A stretch of DNA of 64,000 bases, from the NCBI GenBank assembly GCA_000388065.2, contig KB932204.1. One strand, given 5' to 3'. The DNA comes from Fonticula alba ATCC 38817. Lineage: Eukaryota; Protista; Nucleariida. Position numbers and translations under genes: made by a program. A model generated the notes under the pieces. That model saw only the letters and a list, made by a program, of their open reading frames with translations, was not told the DNA's origin and made no database searches. This document shows positions 62,428 through 64,000 of this stretch, in pieces (position 1 is the first letter of the stretch; each line of letters opens with the position of its first letter).

Positions 62428-64000
62428 GGCTCACAGCAGGAGGGAGAGAGGGGGACGGCGCAGGGGGAAGGGCACTATATGCAAGGGGGCGGTCCGCCTC
62501 TGCGGGGGCCGGAGGGAGGCAGGGGNNNNNNNNNNNNNNNNNNNNNNNNNNNNNNNNNNNNNNNNNNNNNNNNNNNNNNNNNNNNNNNNNNNNNNNNNNN
62601 NNNNNNNNNNNNNNNNNNNNNNNNNNNNNNNNNNNNNNNNNNNNNNNNNNNNNNNNNNNNNNNNNNNNNNNNNNNNNNNNNNNNNNNNNNNNNNNNNNNN
62701 NNNNNNNNNNNNNNNNNNNNNNNNNNNNNNNNNNNNNNNNNNNNNNNNNNNNNNNNNNNNNNNNNNNNNNNNNNNNNNNNNNNNNNNNNNNNNNNNNNNN
62801 NNNNNNNNNNNNNNNNNNNNNNNNNNNNNNNNNNNNNNNNNNNNNNNNNNNNNNNNNNNNNNNNNNNNNNNNNNNNNNNNNNNNNNNNNNNNNNNNNNNN
62901 NNNNNNNNNNNNNNNNNNNNGGGGGGGGGGGGGGGGGGGGGTCAGCGGCCGTTTCTCGCCCGTCCCCGCCCGCGCCCGCCCAGCCCCGGGTGTTCGGTAA
63001 TCGGCGGTCCAGAACGGCTATGTGAAAGTTGCAAGACCTACCGCCCTAAAACACAAAGGAACAGCGAGTGAGCGAGCGAGAGGGGGGCCGAGGGAGATAG
63101 GGGGAGCAACAAGCGCGGTGGGGCAGGCCGAGCCGGGAGGGCGCCCGGGGTGGAAAGCAGGAAAAGGCGCCTGTGCCACAGGTCGCACGGCGGCCAGGTA
63201 GACGCGGCGAGCGCGCGCCGGCGTCGTCGGTTCACCTTCCCTCCCCCCCCCCCCCCCCCCCCCCCCGCGGGAGGACGTTTAATTGATCCCAACTCCCCGC
63301 GGGAGGGGAGGGGGCGGGGGAGGAAGGGGCCGAGGAGTGGTGTGTGGACATGGGTCGGCATGAGGCATCGCGGTGCTCAACTTTGAAGGCTCCCTCGGGG
63401 GGGCCGCCGGGCGGGGGAGGGCCCATGGCAGGCAAGACCTTTTCGGCGGGGGGGAATCCATCCCAAACCGTCCCCGTTGTTCCCGCTGTCTCGCTGGCTG
63501 GGCAGGCGGGGGACCAGCGGGGCGATCGCGCAGGCGCACATGCCTGCGGGGTTCAAGTGCTGGAAGGCCCCCCGACCGCTGCCACAGCCCCCCCCCCCCA
63601 CACACACACACACACATACACACACACACACACACATACACACACACACACACACACCCGCACCCCCGGAGTATGGAAGTGATACTGGGCCCGTGCCCTC
63701 ATCGGAGGCTTTAATTGGGCATTCCCGTGGCGGTCCCCGGGAAGATCCAGCCGAAGGCGCCAGTCCGGCCTTCCGAGGCGCCGAAAAGCCGAACAGCCGG
63801 CCGGGCCGGGGCATGTGTCTCCCTCGCCCCCCCGTCCTGCGAGGCCGGGGGCCGAGAAAAGGGGGGCGGCGCCCGGGAGGCCGGGGTCGGGTGCGGCCTC
63901 GGACGGATTCCAGACCGACACACGGGGCGACCGGGATCCTGCCAATGGATCCCCCGAGCACCGAGTCCACGCATGCGCCAGCCCACACAGGCACACGCGA

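Noticed and set aside
63279-63480. Possible upstream exon (MDSPPPKRSCLPWA…) for the acidic repeat gene
   Set aside because: No convincing splice link can be made across gap 62526-62920, so the evidence is too weak to call.

Overview
This window is GC-rich, intron-dense eukaryotic genomic DNA from a draft short-read assembly with 11 N gaps, most bordered by poly-C/G runs. Introns are short, GT-AG (donors mostly GTGCGT/GTATGT) and full of CT/CA microsatellites, so most ORF-track entries are shadow frames or intron read-through. The composition suggests a unicellular opisthokont such as Fonticula alba (inference only). I can support about 16 protein-coding genes. In order: UTP4, a Q-rich coiled-coil protein, a large multi-zinc-knuckle protein, an ABCG5/8-like half transporter, mitochondrial bL34, katanin p60, soluble cytochrome b5, Grx5, DBP9/DDX56, IWS1/Spn1-like, a cAMP-receptor-like GPCR, a front-end desaturase, a GRAM-VASt (LAM/Aster) protein, CysRS, an SPX-RING-TM protein and an acidic pentapeptide-repeat protein. 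I found no rRNA, tRNA, CRISPR array or intact transposon. The best novelty candidates are (1) an intronless protein with eight Gag-like CCHC knuckles and no pol or LTRs, (2) an SPX-RING E3 ligase fused to a membrane anchor and a C-terminal extra domain, and (3) a CAR/CRL-type GPCR with a very long tail. One apparent duplication is an artefact containing Illumina adapter sequence, and a second is probably also an artefact. Coordinates of spliced genes are gene spans, not exact exon models.
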